The notes: generated by a model not told the origin, from the letters alone. 61,426 bases of DNA, filler included, from 12 parts of 12 records of this genome joined end to end with filler, not necessarily neighbours in it; one strand, 5' to 3'. Counted from the whole stretch's first letter, positions 45,901 to 58,166 are shown. Translations and numbers: made by a program.

Positions 45901-46788
45901 CGCACCGAGAACTCAATGAACGGATCCGAGGTACCCGAGTCGTCAGCTGGGCAAAGGTCCCTTCCCTGCTGCGCACTCAGACAGGGCTAGGGTTAGGGGG
46001 CGAGCCTGCCACTCAATGAAGCTGATCTCGAAATCAAACACCTCCTCGAAATAAATATTGAACTTGAGCCGCCCGTAGGTCACCTGCCCGGCCGCTCACC
46101 CTCCGAGCCCGGCGCCCGCACACCTCGCCCTCGCCTTTGATCGCTTGCTTCACGACGTGGGTCTGCTGCACTGAGTCGTTTGCCAGCTTCCGCAGCTTGA
46201 TCTCCTTATGGAACACTTCCTGTTTGAAGCAGCCACGGCCCTCGCGGCACTGGGTCCCCAGCCCGAAGCACTCGCAATTCTCGCACTTGCAGCACGGTGG
46301 TCGATGGATGCATTTAATCACCAAATTCTGCTCCTTCAGCTCATCGTAAGTCGCCTCGAGAGTCATGAGTCCAGATTCCTTCTCGAACCTGCGCAGCTCG
46401 CCCGTCTCGATACGCAGCAGCGTGTCCGTCTCGAAGCTTGGCCCGGGGCTGCCCTCGAGCTCGATCCCGCCTGCAGGCACCCTGAGCCAGTGCGTAACGC
46501 AGCAGCAAAAATACCGCCCTCCGCGCGCTTGTCCACCTCCGTAAACAGCCCGCCCAGCGTGAAGTTGAAGAACGGCGACCAGGTATCAGCAAACACGGAC
46601 TCGAACTGGATATCTTTAATGTAGCCCGCCCACTGCCGCTGCTTGTAGGGCTCCGGTGCACTCTTCTCTTTCTTCTTCTTCTTACGACCCTTCTTCGGGC
46701 CCTGCAGCAGCGTGATCGGACCCACCACGCCAGTCCGACGGGGCGTACCGCATCGCCACCCTCGTCGCCGCCCTCGTCGCCGCCCTCG
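42937..46788 (-). CDS. CEP76/CC2D2A-like C2-domain plus transglutaminase-like ciliary/centriolar protein, 5'-truncated
   Basis: C2 motifs GRDLCPADDSGTSDPF, KKSLNPQF, VFDWD; WASPKFFLDVKKGDSEDHAIML...EHVWVL...FFETITG; many short introns including GC-AG 45010-45049 and 45966-46005. Confidence 0.8.
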
Positions 46789-46888
46789 NNNNNNNNNNNN
46801 NNNNNNNNNNNNNNNNNNNNNNNNNNNNNNNNTTAATTAATTAANNNNNNNNNNNNNNNNNNNNNNNNNNNNNNNNNNNNNNNNNNNN

Positions 46889-48103
46889 AAAGAACGGGCG
46901 GCCACACTGGCAGCCATGTCACCCGAGGCGAGGGCAGCGGCACTGGACGCCATGACGCCCGAGGAGAGGGCGACGGCTGCTGCCGCCCTCGGCGAGCTGT
47001 TGCAGCTTGTCCATGAACTGCAAGAGAGAACTCCCAAGGCCGATGTCCATGAACTGCAAAAAGAACCTGCAACAGCTGGAGAACTCTCGTCAGGAGAACC
47101 TGCAACAGCTGCTGAACCGACTAAGGATCATGTGATTGAGCCCGACTTGACCCCAGAACGTGGCCCCTGGACCGATTACGACGTACTTCACGCAGCCTTC
47201 AGGGGCGACCCGCTTGAAGATGCTGACAGTTGCAAGTTGAGCAGCATGCTCAAGCAGGACACCCCTGCGGTGCTGGGGGCCAAGGACAAGGTTCGCTGGG
47301 GCTGAGAGAGTAGACTCACCTTTGAGGGGCAGAGTGGAGAAACTGCGCTGCATAAGGCAGCTGGCTTCGGGGTGGAGTTCAAGGTGAAGCTGCTGTTGAA
47401 TGCCAAGGCTGATGTCAATGCCAAGGACAAGGTGCGCTGGAGTTAGCGATGACGGGCTGAGAGGGCGGCTCGCTGGTCAGTGTGGGGGCACGGCACTGCA
47501 TAAGGCAGTCAGCAAAGGGCACGCTCCAACGGCTGAGCTACTGTTGAATGCCAACGCCGATGTCAATGCCAAGGATAAGGTTTGCCCCTCCTAGAGGCTA
47601 AAGGGAGAGGTGAGCTGAGGGCTGCTTGGGCAGAAAGGGACCACGGCACTGCACGCGGCAGCTCACTTTGAAATGAGTGAGCTGCTGCTGAAATCCAAGG
47701 CCGATGTCAATGCCAAGGATGAGGTGTGCGCCGGCAGGCTAGGGAGAGTCAGCAACCATAGTTGAATGATGGCTGGGTGGTTGGGCAGGAAGGGCTGATG
47801 CCGCTGCATCATGCCGCTCTGGACGGACAGACCACGACGGTGGACCTACTGCTGGCGGCCAAGGCCGATGTCCACGCCATGACCTCGTTCAACAATGCCA
47901 AGAAAACGGCGCTCCAGCTGGCCGAGATGCGCCACCACGTCGCTACTGCTAACGTGCTGCGCCTGGTGACGTCGACCTGCCTAGCCACCTTATCCAACCG
48001 GCGATGTGCAGGCGGCCAAGAATTCATCCCAAAAGCCCGAGGACTCTTGCTGCCAATGCGTGATCGCCTAAATCTAGGAGGACAACTGCCTGCATATCTT
48101 TAA
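46889..48103 (+). CDS. Ankyrin-repeat protein, 5'-truncated; 3' end approximate
   Basis: Repeated GxTALHxA...LLLNAKADVNAKDK units separated by phase-0 introns; N-terminal MSPEERAAAL-type repeats. Confidence 0.85.
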
Positions 48104-48302
48104 CGTTCGAATTGAGAAAGGCACACCGGAGGGCACACGATCTAGCATTATAATATGATTCTTGTTATATACTTGATAGTAAGTTCTTAATAATTTTCTA
48201 TAAAATCCAGTTTAGTAGAAGTCCTCCTCGAAATTTGGCATGTCATTCAAAGTTCTACAGGTACAGGTAGAAAGGCAGGCCTCAAAGCAAACCTCGAATG
48301 TG

Positions 48303-49937
48303 CTAGATCGAGGGCCGCAAGGCCACCACGAGCCCGGGTGGCGAGACATCATCGTTGCGGCTGCGTGCCATGGTGCCGACCTCTTGGATCAGGTCCCCGG
48401 GTAGCGTCAAAGCCTCGCCATCCCAGTGCACGCGACGAGTCACGTCTTCTGCCACATCGGATGCCAGATCCTGAGCCCACACCCGAAGGCTACTCCAGCT
48501 AGTGCGCCTGGCCGTACAATTGAATACAAGTGTGAGGTTCGCAAAGTGCCCGAACACGCCGATTGGATCTCGAGGCTCAAAGTTGGGCACTCGTTGCACA
48601 ACATTAGCAGCGGGCTCGGTGAAAGTGCGACCGCGAGTGCGTCCCAACGATGTGACTGACACCGCGCCATTCGGGTACCTTGTGGAGACAACAAAGGGAG
48701 GCTGATCCGCGTTGATGGCCACACTCGGTAGTGGCAGCCCGCCTCGCGTCACTCTGGCCGGAGCTGCTTGAAAAATAGTCTTGTTCTCTAGCTGGTGCCC
48801 AATCACCGCCGCGTCATCGCACAGCCGGAAGTGCCAAGAGTCGTCGAGCAGCGCCGTGTCGAGCAAGATTCGCTCCGGCCCGTGTTTGGCTACCCCGAAT
48901 GGCGGGGCGAGTCGGCCCCAGCGCGCGAGCCGCTCGACCTCGTCTTCGCGGTGCTGCCGGTGCCTGCTCCCGTCGCCCTCGCCTGCATAGGTCTGCAAGG
49001 CAGCCGGAAGCGGGAATCCGCGCAGATTCGACCGCATTGGTTGCAGCACGCCGCCGAGGGCCACGCTCACCGAAGGCTCCCCGCTGCCTCCCACAAGCCT
49101 TGCTGGGCCACCGGCCGGGAAGTTTGCAGCGTATTTAAGCAGCTGGGCCTGCCTGTCGAGCACTTCAGCAATAGAGAACACCCTCGCCGTGTCGTAAGTC
49201 CGGAGAATGTCGGTGCACGACAGCAGCTTGGCCTGACGGGCTACATCCTTCAGCGAGGTCCTCGTCCCGTTACGCGCTCCAGTGTTGAGAGGACAGCCCG
49301 ACACACAGAGGCCGTGCTCTACAAGCATCCCGGGGGCGTACTGCCGAGCAAGCGCGGTCTTTGCACAGCTGAGGTCGCCCCCGTCGGCCTTGAGCAGGCC
49401 CACCCGCGCGGCGTGCAGAATCTTCATCTCGCGCACGCCCATCGCGTCCCCGCCCACCGCCCACAGCCCGGCCCCCTTCCAGCCCTGCGCCCGGACATAC
49501 CCGGTGAACGCGCTGAGGGCAGCCACTGAGTCCTTGCCGAACATTGGCCACTTGGCACTGTCCCAGAGCAGCCTCTCCGAGTTGGTCTCCGGCCCGAGCT
49601 GCCAGCCGTTATCAAACATCATGAACATATCCCGGCGCGCCCGCGGGAAGAGCCAGGCCCAGCCGACCCGGCCGGTGTGGTTGGCGAACGCATTGGTCTG
49701 GTTGCATTGGTCCATCCAGCCTTGGTGGGTCCGGTTCCGCCAGAAGGCTTCGACGGCGGGGCCGTCAAGCCCAGCCGCCTGGCTCATCCAGGCCCGGCCC
49801 TGCGCCTGCCACGAGCACCAGTACCCAGGTCCCGAACTCGGCTCCTCCGGCACCAGCGAAAGCCCCGACGCACGCGGCAGCAGCCAGACCGCCAGCTGCA
49901 CCCACAGCATAGCCCACCACTGGAGCCTCCCGGACAT
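48303..49937 (-). CDS. Secreted GH27/GH36-like (clan GH-D) glycoside hydrolase
   Basis: Signal peptide; YWCSW, MFDNGW, GWKGAGLW, LLKAD (nucleophile-like), RTYD (acid/base-like); intronless. Confidence 0.6.
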   Translation of the reverse strand: MSGRLQWWAMLWVQLAVWLLPRASGLSLVPEEPSSGPGYWCSWQAQGRAWMSQAAGLDGPAVEAFWRNRTHQGWMDQCNQTNAFANHTGRVGWAWLFPRARRDMFMMFDNGWQLGPETNSERLLWDSAKWPMFGKDSVAALSAFTGYVRAQGWKGAGLWAVGGDAMGVREMKILHAARVGLLKADGGDLSCAKTALARQYAPGMLVEHGLCVSGCPLNTGARNGTRTSLKDVARQAKLLSCTDILRTYDTARVFSIAEVLDRQAQLLKYAANFPAGGPARLVGGSGEPSVSVALGGVLQPMRSNLRGFPLPAALQTYAGEGDGSRHRQHREDEVERLARWGRLAPPFGVAKHGPERILLDTALLDDSWHFRLCDDAAVIGHQLENKTIFQAAPARVTRGGLPLPSVAINADQPPFVVSTRYPNGAVSVTSLGRTRGRTFTEPAANVVQRVPNFEPRDPIGVFGHFANLTLVFNCTARRTSWSSLRVWAQDLASDVAEDVTRRVHWDGEALTLPGDLIQEVGTMARSRNDDVSPPGLVVALRPSI

Positions 49938-49951
49938 GATTATAACGGAAA

Positions 49952-51619
49952 ATGAGTCTAACGAACATGCCGGGAACATTGGCGAGCGTTTTTCTGCTGC
50001 TGCCAGTGTGGGCTGTGGCCGGCCAGCAGTGCCAGCCGGTCGACGGGATACACATCCACCAGCCGCAGTTTCACATCATCGGCTCGATCCAGCCGGGCGC
50101 CAACAGCACCAGCTGGCCCGGTGGCCTGAATGACGCCAATGCGGTCTACCAACACCACGGGCTGTTCCACGTGATGCATCAGTGCGATGGCGGGCCGGCT
50201 GGGCTGGCGTGCGGCGGTGGGCACGTCGGGCCCGGTCGACAGCCCGGCCAGACCTGGTGGCACAGCTGGGGTCACCTGGTGTCGCGAGATCTGATACATT
50301 GGCGGCGGCTGCCGGACGCGCTCTCTCCTCCGCCGTATGGGACCCCCGGCGATTATGACACTGGAGAGGATTGCGACGGCACGCTGAGCTTCACACCGGA
50401 CGGTCCAGTGATCATGTTCGGGCCAAGCTGCGACCCGCCCAAGCTGCTGGGCGACGCCCCGATCGTTGGTGTGGCCCGGGCAGCCAATGCCTCCGATCCG
50501 GAGATGGTGCAATGGGTGAAGGACCCGGCCAATCCTGTGCAATTCGACGGGGCCCCTTGCTCATTTCCCGGTAGCATTTGGCCAACGGCCAATCAGTCCC
50601 ATTGGAACATGATCTGTGCAGTCGGGTCTGGGGCATGGGGCAGGTACACCTCAGCCAGCCGTGATCTACACGGGCCGTGGAAACTGCAAGATGGGGCATT
50701 CGCGGCTCCACCGGGCGGCAAACCAGTCGGTGGCAGCTCAGGGCCATCGTTCCTGCCGCTGCCCAACGCCACAGCAGCTGCTACACACGTGATTTCTGAC
50801 GGATCAAACGCAGTTTTTCAGTATGGCACATATGACGCTCAGACCGAGAAGCTTTCACTGACAACTGGTTTGTATCCGCTCGACCATGGTACCTTTGCAT
50901 GGGCAGCTGCAGGGCTGGCAGATGACGACAGGGTGCTGGCTATTGGGTGGGTGCATGCAACTGACAGAGACGCAGCTGCGGAGATCGCAGCCGGCTGCCC
51001 CAGAGTGGGAGGGATCCAAGTCTGTGGCGTGCAGGCCATCTCAGCGGTTCGTGTTATCTCGTTCGATCCAACACTCGAGGTGCTCCTCGCTGATCTGGCT
51101 GAGGAGTACGCGAATCTCAGGAATGGCACGCTGTTTGAGCAGTCCGTCACGCTGCAGTCGGGCGAGACGCATCAATTCCCAGTACCGGCTGGCAAGGGTC
51201 TGGCCATGGACTTGGAGTTCAATCTGACCATACCAGAGGGCAACATGACGGCGCAACTCACAGTGCTCGCGGGGCCGGGGCATGGTGTGACTCTAGGCGT
51301 CAACGTGAGCGCTGGCGGCGACTCAAAGTGCCAGCACCTCGAGCATTGCGAGGATACTCGAACAGTGCTGGCGAGGGTGACGGGAAATGTTGCCCCGACC
51401 AGGTGGTTTGAGTTCCCTTTACCGAGCAAGCAGCAACGATTGCAGCTTCGGGTGCTGGTGGACCGCTCAATTGTGGAATTTTTCATTGCAAAAGGCAGGG
51501 CGGCGTTCACGGCCAGAGCCTACCCCACGTTGCAACAAACTGGAGTATCTATTTGGTCTGGGAGCGGACTGCGTGTGGAGCGCGGTGCGGCCTGGGAGAT
51601 GGGGTGTGGATGGGTTTGA
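49952..51619 (+). CDS. Secreted GH32-like beta-propeller plus beta-sandwich protein
   Basis: PQFH, LNDANA, FHVMHQ, WGHLVSRDLIHW, WVKDPANPV, LRVLVDRSIVEFF, FTARAYP. Confidence 0.88.
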   Translation: MSLTNMPGTLASVFLLLPVWAVAGQQCQPVDGIHIHQPQFHIIGSIQPGANSTSWPGGLNDANAVYQHHGLFHVMHQCDGGPAGLACGGGHVGPGRQPGQTWWHSWGHLVSRDLIHWRRLPDALSPPPYGTPGDYDTGEDCDGTLSFTPDGPVIMFGPSCDPPKLLGDAPIVGVARAANASDPEMVQWVKDPANPVQFDGAPCSFPGSIWPTANQSHWNMICAVGSGAWGRYTSASRDLHGPWKLQDGAFAAPPGGKPVGGSSGPSFLPLPNATAAATHVISDGSNAVFQYGTYDAQTEKLSLTTGLYPLDHGTFAWAAAGLADDDRVLAIGWVHATDRDAAAEIAAGCPRVGGIQVCGVQAISAVRVISFDPTLEVLLADLAEEYANLRNGTLFEQSVTLQSGETHQFPVPAGKGLAMDLEFNLTIPEGNMTAQLTVLAGPGHGVTLGVNVSAGGDSKCQHLEHCEDTRTVLARVTGNVAPTRWFEFPLPSKQQRLQLRVLVDRSIVEFFIAKGRAAFTARAYPTLQQTGVSIWSGSGLRVERGAAWEMGCGWV

Positions 51620-51871
51620 ATTAGGACTTCAAGAATTGATTTGGTATTCGACAATGTTAAATGCATGTTCTATGTACTCGTATATAATTATGATTGTACA
51701 CGTGTACGATACTGAATACGTGGTCTAAGTACAGGTCTAGATCTTTGTACGCTATTGCAACAATGACTAGGTACAAGGTTGCAACCTTAAAAATCGTATG
51801 TACGTGTGAAATAATATAAAGAGAACTAGATTCAGGCTTTAAAGTGACATTGCACTCTGATTAAGATCTGG

Positions 51872-54175
51872 TCAGAGTGCATGTACGTGATCATCAGCGG
51901 GACCGAGCCGCAGCCTTACCTCGGAGGCGTCTTCTTTGATTGGGTTGATATCTATCGCGTCTATTGTGCTTACCTGCACCGGCTTGTGCACACTGCTATT
52001 TGCGACCGTGCGCCCCTGTGGCCTCTGCAGTTTTACCACTATTCGCAGTATGAACACGACCTTCCGCCAGAGCCACTTTCGCCGCCGGTCGAGATGCTTC
52101 TCGAGATTCTTTTCATAGAGATCCATAGAATGAGAAGCGGCTTGCGGGGCGAGCATGTCGTCCATTGGGCAGGGCGAAAACACAATGTTGCCGCCCACTT
52201 TCAACAATACACGATGGCCTCCGTGCTGCCAGCACAAGACACGAACTCAGTCATCTGGGCAGTTCACCGAATGGGCTGGCACCTTATAGGCTCGATCTCC
52301 GCAGTAGATATGTGGACACATTGTGTCCAGATTTAAGCCAATCCGCTTTGGTACGTTCTCCACGAGGTCGCCTTCATTGAAAATCCGCCAGTAGTCCGGC
52401 ACAAGAAAGTCAAGAATTCGTGCAAATGCGGTATTGCCTACCCGGGGTTGACCAAACGTGACCAGCTTGACCGGAATATGGTCAGACTTCGGTGCGCAGA
52501 GCAAGGACCGGGCGCTGTACCGACATGCCATGAGCACAGCCAGAGCTCCACCGAGTGAGTGTCCTGTGAAGACTATTTCCATTCGAGTTTGGTCTGCCTT
52601 ATGGTTCACCTTGGTAACCTGTTCGTCCACCAAGGCGTCCAGCCTAGGAATAACCTGGGGGAGCATGTGGCGCATCAGCTTTCTGAATCCCTGGTGGACC
52701 ATGGGCACGTGTTTCTTTTGAGCCACCCCCATCTCTTCTAGGGTTTCGAGCATCTCGTGCGTCAGCCCATAGGCCGCTGAAGCATCTTCCCCGGCCCAGT
52801 CAACCATACTCGAATCTAGGTCAGTGAGTGCATTATCCACAGATTGGGTCCCTCTGAAAGCGACGATCACCCGCTTTACCCCTCTATTCGCCATGTGATG
52901 CGTAAAAATACCGACGTTGCCGTCGGCCTGCTCCTCGGTTTCGTCGTTCGAATGCAGCGAAACAAAGTGCCGCATCTTAACGCCTCTGAATCGGTCAGTC
53001 CGGTTATTTTTGTCACGGCAGTCCATGAGCTCGGGCAGATTTTTGCCTTTCCGCATCCATAGTGACTGCTGTACAGTCGTGACCTCACCACTTGATAAGC
53101 GCTCTTGATCGGAGACCCACCCATCATAAACTATGTTACTCAGCCGGGCCATACAGCGCACCGAGAAGGGATCGAATGTGCAATGCCAGTCGTCCATGCC
53201 GCCTGAGTAGTCTGACAATCTCCTGCACAACGCGTCAGGCAACGGCTGGGACTTGTACCCTCTTTCACTCTTTTGATTGGCCCCTTGGCCCGACAATTGG
53301 CTCGTAGTTTGCGTCTGCCGCTCTTGTTGCACTTGGCTTCTAGTGGGGTAGTGCATCGAATACGCCGAATACTCCACAGTGCGCAGTAAGCTGCCAGTAC
53401 CACCCTGAAGGGGCCTCCTCTCGATTACTGGGAAGGCACAGTATGCAAATGCCCAGCCAAACAAGGTGAGCACGATACTGTTTGCCGCAGTCAGCAAAAT
53501 GTTGTCTCGGGCAAACCACCACTCGAACTCGAACCAGACACTATTGTATAACAGTATCCGTTTCATCAGGTTGCAAAGAACGGCGAGAACAAAAGCACCC
53601 AGAGACGCGTTCCAAAAGAACAAGCGCGTCACGACCCATTCGCGCTCCCTTAGGTATTCCGACTCCAACAAGCGGACCGCTCGATGGGCGTACCAATAGT
53701 TGTTGAGCAGAGCATACCCCATCGCAAACATCAAGATCAAGCCTGCCCAGATCACTGGGCTCGCACTGCCCAGAGCTTCCTGGTACAGCTCACTATCATC
53801 CGACCTGTATGTAGCCATCGCAAAGGGATTCGTCCAAATGTGATCCGCGTGTGCAAACCAGGCCTCCAGCTCCAAAGCAAGCATGATACAAGGCGCTAAA
53901 AGAGCACAGAATCCGTGGACAGGATCTTGTAGATAAGAGCGTCTGGAGAAGCCGCACGGGAAGTTCAGAATAAGCAACACAGATCCCCAAAATGCAAACA
54001 GTCCGATACACTTCATTGAGGACTTTTCAGCTAGGGTCTTGCCAATAATCAGGAGTAAATCTGTTACCGTGTAGATCCAAATCACGAGAAGAAGCAGGAG
54101 CAGGTACCCTTGTAGTTTCAGCTCCCTGGCGTTCTTGTTGCACGTGTTTCTAAAGAACATGAACAGTTGGAGCTG
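51872..54175 (-). CDS. Multi-TM class 3 lipase, 5'-truncated
   Basis: IVAFRGT, VHQGF, FTGHSLGGA, TFGQPRVGN, DLVENVP; several N-terminal TM helices. Confidence 0.9.
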
Positions 54176-54620
54176 NNNNNNNNNNNNNNNNNNNNNNNNN
54201 NNNNNNNNNNNNNNNNNNNTTAATTAATTAANNNNNNNNNNNNNNNNNNNNNNNNNNNNNNNNNNNNNNNNNNNNGCTGAGGCATTCGAGTCTTGATAGA
54301 TACGAGTGCCGAACACGAGTCTCTGCTGAACAAATAATTCACTTTTCGAACGTTCTAAGCGTTTTACATGCAATGTCATGTAAATGTCATGTAGAAACTA
54401 GTCAGTGCTGTTACATGTACCTGGTAGTCACTAAAATAATATTAATGCCATCGCCGCTCAGCCTTGTCTCCACGAGGTGAGGCTCTAGAGTCTTATCTAA
54501 GTCTTATCTAGAGTCTGAGGTTAGCCCGAGGCGCGGTTGATCAGGCTAGATCAGGCTATGCGGTTGTAACGCGGTTGACGGTACTGTACTACATCATGTA
54601 CAATCATGGAGGAGTTTAAT

Positions 54621-54665
54621 ATTGATCCGCTTTGCTGGCTTCATTGATCCGCTTTGCTGGCTTCA
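54621..54665. repeat. Intergenic tandem duplication (about 22-nt unit x2)
   Basis: attgatccgctttgctggcttc repeated back-to-back. Confidence 0.9.
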
Positions 54666-54808
54666 AGCTTATTATAATTAACTAATAAATACTTGTAATT
54701 AATCATGCTGGCTTGAGCAGTGTACCACGCAAAATGCCGCGCACTTGGCTTTGCAGCTCGCGGCGTGACGAATCTTTAGGGTTTGCATCTCCCACCGTCC
54801 CGGACCTG

Positions 54809-57800
54809 TCAGAGCCCGCCAGACTCAAGCCTCGGTGTGCAACCTAGCACTAGGTACCGGCCCAATGCATTATTGATGCCCTGGGCTGCAGATCCGCTCC
54901 AGTCGGCTGAAGGATCGAGCACCCGCATGTGCCTGCCCACCCGATCAGTCACGCGCCAGCATTCGCTACTGACCGGAGCTCTTCGTTCACCCGCTCGATC
55001 TCCTGCTGGTGCGCGTCTCGCCACTGCTCCTGCGCCGAGCTATAAGACGGACCGGTGCCCATATTCGGGTTGCCTGTTGGACTTCGCTCACAAGCATCTC
55101 CAGCTCTCTTCTGCCCTCAAGCTCTGCAAGCTGACTCGCCACCTGCCACAAACCATCACTCGGCCGCTCCGCGCCGCCAGCACCTGCTGCCCAGCGGCCT
55201 GCAACTCGGCCTCGCGCTGCTGACCCGACCGACGTTCCTCCTCTCGCTGCCGGCACTGTCAGGCTCGGGCCATTCTGAGCTAGGCTCACTTGCTGCTGCC
55301 AGGCCTCCAGTCGGGCACAGCTATTCGAGTATTTGGACTCAGCAATCAGCCTGAGCCACTCTCAGCCACAAGCCTGCGAGCCAGCACCTAGCCGCCTCAT
55401 CCATATGGAGCTTGCTCGTGCACAGCTGGGCCAGCGCCGCCAAAGCAGCCCCGAGCGACACGGCCAGCGCATCGTGCTCGCCGCAGCCGGTGCTGGTGCT
55501 AATTGCAGCCGCCTCTAGCTCGAGCGCCTCGGCCACCATGTGCCGCAGCTCGACCCGGGCCGCCACCCCGCCCACTGTGGTGAGCACCTTCCTGTAGAAC
55601 TCGACCAGAGGCAGCGTGATCCACGGGCGTGCCCCAGCCAACGCCAGCGGAGTTAGCCGCCGCAGCGCGCTCTCTGTGTCCGCCATTGCGTCGCCCACTT
55701 GCTTCACGTGCTCCGCAAACTGGCGCTGCCCCACCAATTCTCAGCCATCGCCACAATCCCACTAACCTGTGATGTCAGCAGCTGGAGCTGGAGCGCTGTG
55801 TCGGGTTGCACCTCATCGTCGTCCTCGCGGCCAAATTGTTCAACGGCCATGATTGCGGCTGAGCGCTGTATTTGGTCCACACGGTTCTGATGCCGGCCGG
55901 TCGCATGCTTGACCTGTTTGCACGATCATTCACTAGCATCATAACGACTTGCCTCCTCGATCAGCTTCTGAGTGGACATTTTAGTTTCGGTAGCGTCGGC
56001 TGCCTCGGCAAGCACTAGTTCCTGCCGGTGACCCTCAGCCTCAGACATGTCAGGCAATCTCACCTGGATTTTGGATTCAAGCGCGTCCCAGTCCAACTTG
56101 CTTGTGTCCTTGTTGTGTCTGGATTGCACCGTAGCTAGCACAGCACGCTGCATCGCCTCGATCTCACTGCACTGGTGTTCAGCTCGCACCCGCCTGCCAT
56201 CCAGGAATAATTCTCAGCCACACTCAACCAGCTGTTCTCAGCGACACGCACCTCACCACTTCGGCTGCCCCACGCTGGTCGGCACGGGCGACTGTTGATC
56301 CGACCACCTGCCACAAGCCTTGTCAGCTAGATCAACCTTCTCAGCCGCAGCTGCACCTGGGCGGCGATGACTCTAGCTTCGGCCAGCAGAGTGTCCTGCT
56401 GACACTGAATCTTATTAGTCTGCCCCATTCCTCAGACGCGATCGGCGGCTCGCCCACCTGACACACTGCCTCCAGCCTAGCCTGATCCTTAAGCAGCTCA
56501 GCTTCTCTCGCCAGCGCCTCATGCCACGCCCGCTCGGTCCTGTCTAGCGTGGCTTCGACCCCCCTCATCTCCAGCTCTAGCATTGAACGCTGCTCAGCCA
56601 ACGCCTCTTGCTTGTCTTTGAGCAGAGCTGTTCGCTGCTCGAGCATGTCCCTGTCCTTGATCGAGCACTGACCCTCTAGCTCCTGCACTTGCTTAATCGG
56701 CACCAGCTCCCCGGGCCTGCTCACCTTGATTCGGCTCGAGTCAGCTTCCAGCTTGGCCTCCATCTCCTGCTGCCTACCCGATGCCTCCTGCACCCTCGTC
56801 AGATTCAGTCACAGCAACCAGTTGCCGCGAGTAGTTGCTCGTAACCAGCTGTCCCGGATTCCATCCGCTGGGTCACTCCGTTCAGCTCCACCCTTACCTC
56901 AGCTATCTCGTCGTCCTTAGCCTACCACCGGGTCTCTGCGACAACCAACCAGGGACTCGCCTGCAGCTCCTTGACCTTCTCGCTAAGCAGGTTAGAGCTC
57001 TCTTTCAGCTCCTTGCGCAAGTCAGTTGTCTCCTGTGCTCCCACCATCTCAGCTCGAGGCTAATATTAGAGCCAAATTATGCTCAGGGCTGAGGGTGGGT
57101 CAGTATCGGGTAGACTCACATCGCGTTGCTTCTTGATTTCCTCCTCTAGCTGACTCACCGCAGCTTCTAGCTCCTCCTTCTCCTTCTCCCTAGCGCTCTT
57201 CATTTTTTTAATCAGCAGCTCGTAACTATCTTTCTGCTCCTCCATCTCAGCAACGATTTTCTGTCTTTCTTTGTCGGACTCTTCGAGCTTGTCCGAGATG
57301 GTTTTGTCAATAGCCTTGGGCAGCGCATCACCAAACTCTGAAAGAAAGGCTTGGCGATCACGCCAATTGTTGCGCACCTTGCAGCTGCTCTGATGCTGGC
57401 AGTGGTGCTGTCACCGAGGGCTCGATTTTGGCTCCAAGACCTTTGACATTCTCCACTAACCTGTTGGCTATTCTCAGCCACATACAAAGTGCTTAAGCCA
57501 TGATCACTCACTGCTCGCCGTCCTTGACGAGCTGGTCATATCGTTCCTTCTCCTGTTCCACACTTGCCTCCAGGTCGCCCACCTGCGATTAAGTCACTCT
57601 CAGTCCTGATAATAGGCAAGCTTGCCTGTCCTGCAAGCTTCTTCAGGGCCTCCACAGCTGTCGAGTCAGCGAGCGTCTCAAGCACTTTCTCTAGTGCCTG
57701 TCAGTTGGTCAATCGCAAACAGTTGGTGTGAACTCGCCTGCACTTCGCCCATCAGTGAACGCTTCTTGACTTTGAGATCATTGATGATCTAAACCACAAG

Positions 57801-58166
57801 TCAGTCGATGGTCATCAGATGTGGCGTTCATCACAGCTGGGCTTGGTGATTATGCCAGCACAGCGACCACTCGTTTTTAGTGAGTTACACACCCGGTCCG
57901 AGCTGGTCTGAAGGTCGTCATATTGCACCACCACCACCTGCTTGTCTTCGTCCTTCTGGGCCACCTTAAGCCGCAAACTCAGCCAAGCACAGACCATACG
58001 CCCCAACTAGCCACAGCTTATTAGGCAGAGACCATGTTCGTAAAGTCCATGTTGGACCGGATCCCGAGCACCTGCCCACGCATCATCAGCTGGTGCGCCG
58101 CAAGAGAGCTGCTCACCGCGCCCTTGAGCATATTCTGCTCCATCCTCTTCTTCATGGCGTTGATGA
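54809..58166 (-). CDS. Multi-exon coiled-coil protein; 5'-truncated, 3' end approximate
   Basis: Series of E/K/Q-rich minus-strand exons with short GT-AG introns. Confidence 0.55.

Noticed and set aside
45983-46000. agggctagggttaggggg as an interstitial telomere repeat
   Set aside because: Only one exact TTAGGG, inside a 40-nt intron; too short to support.
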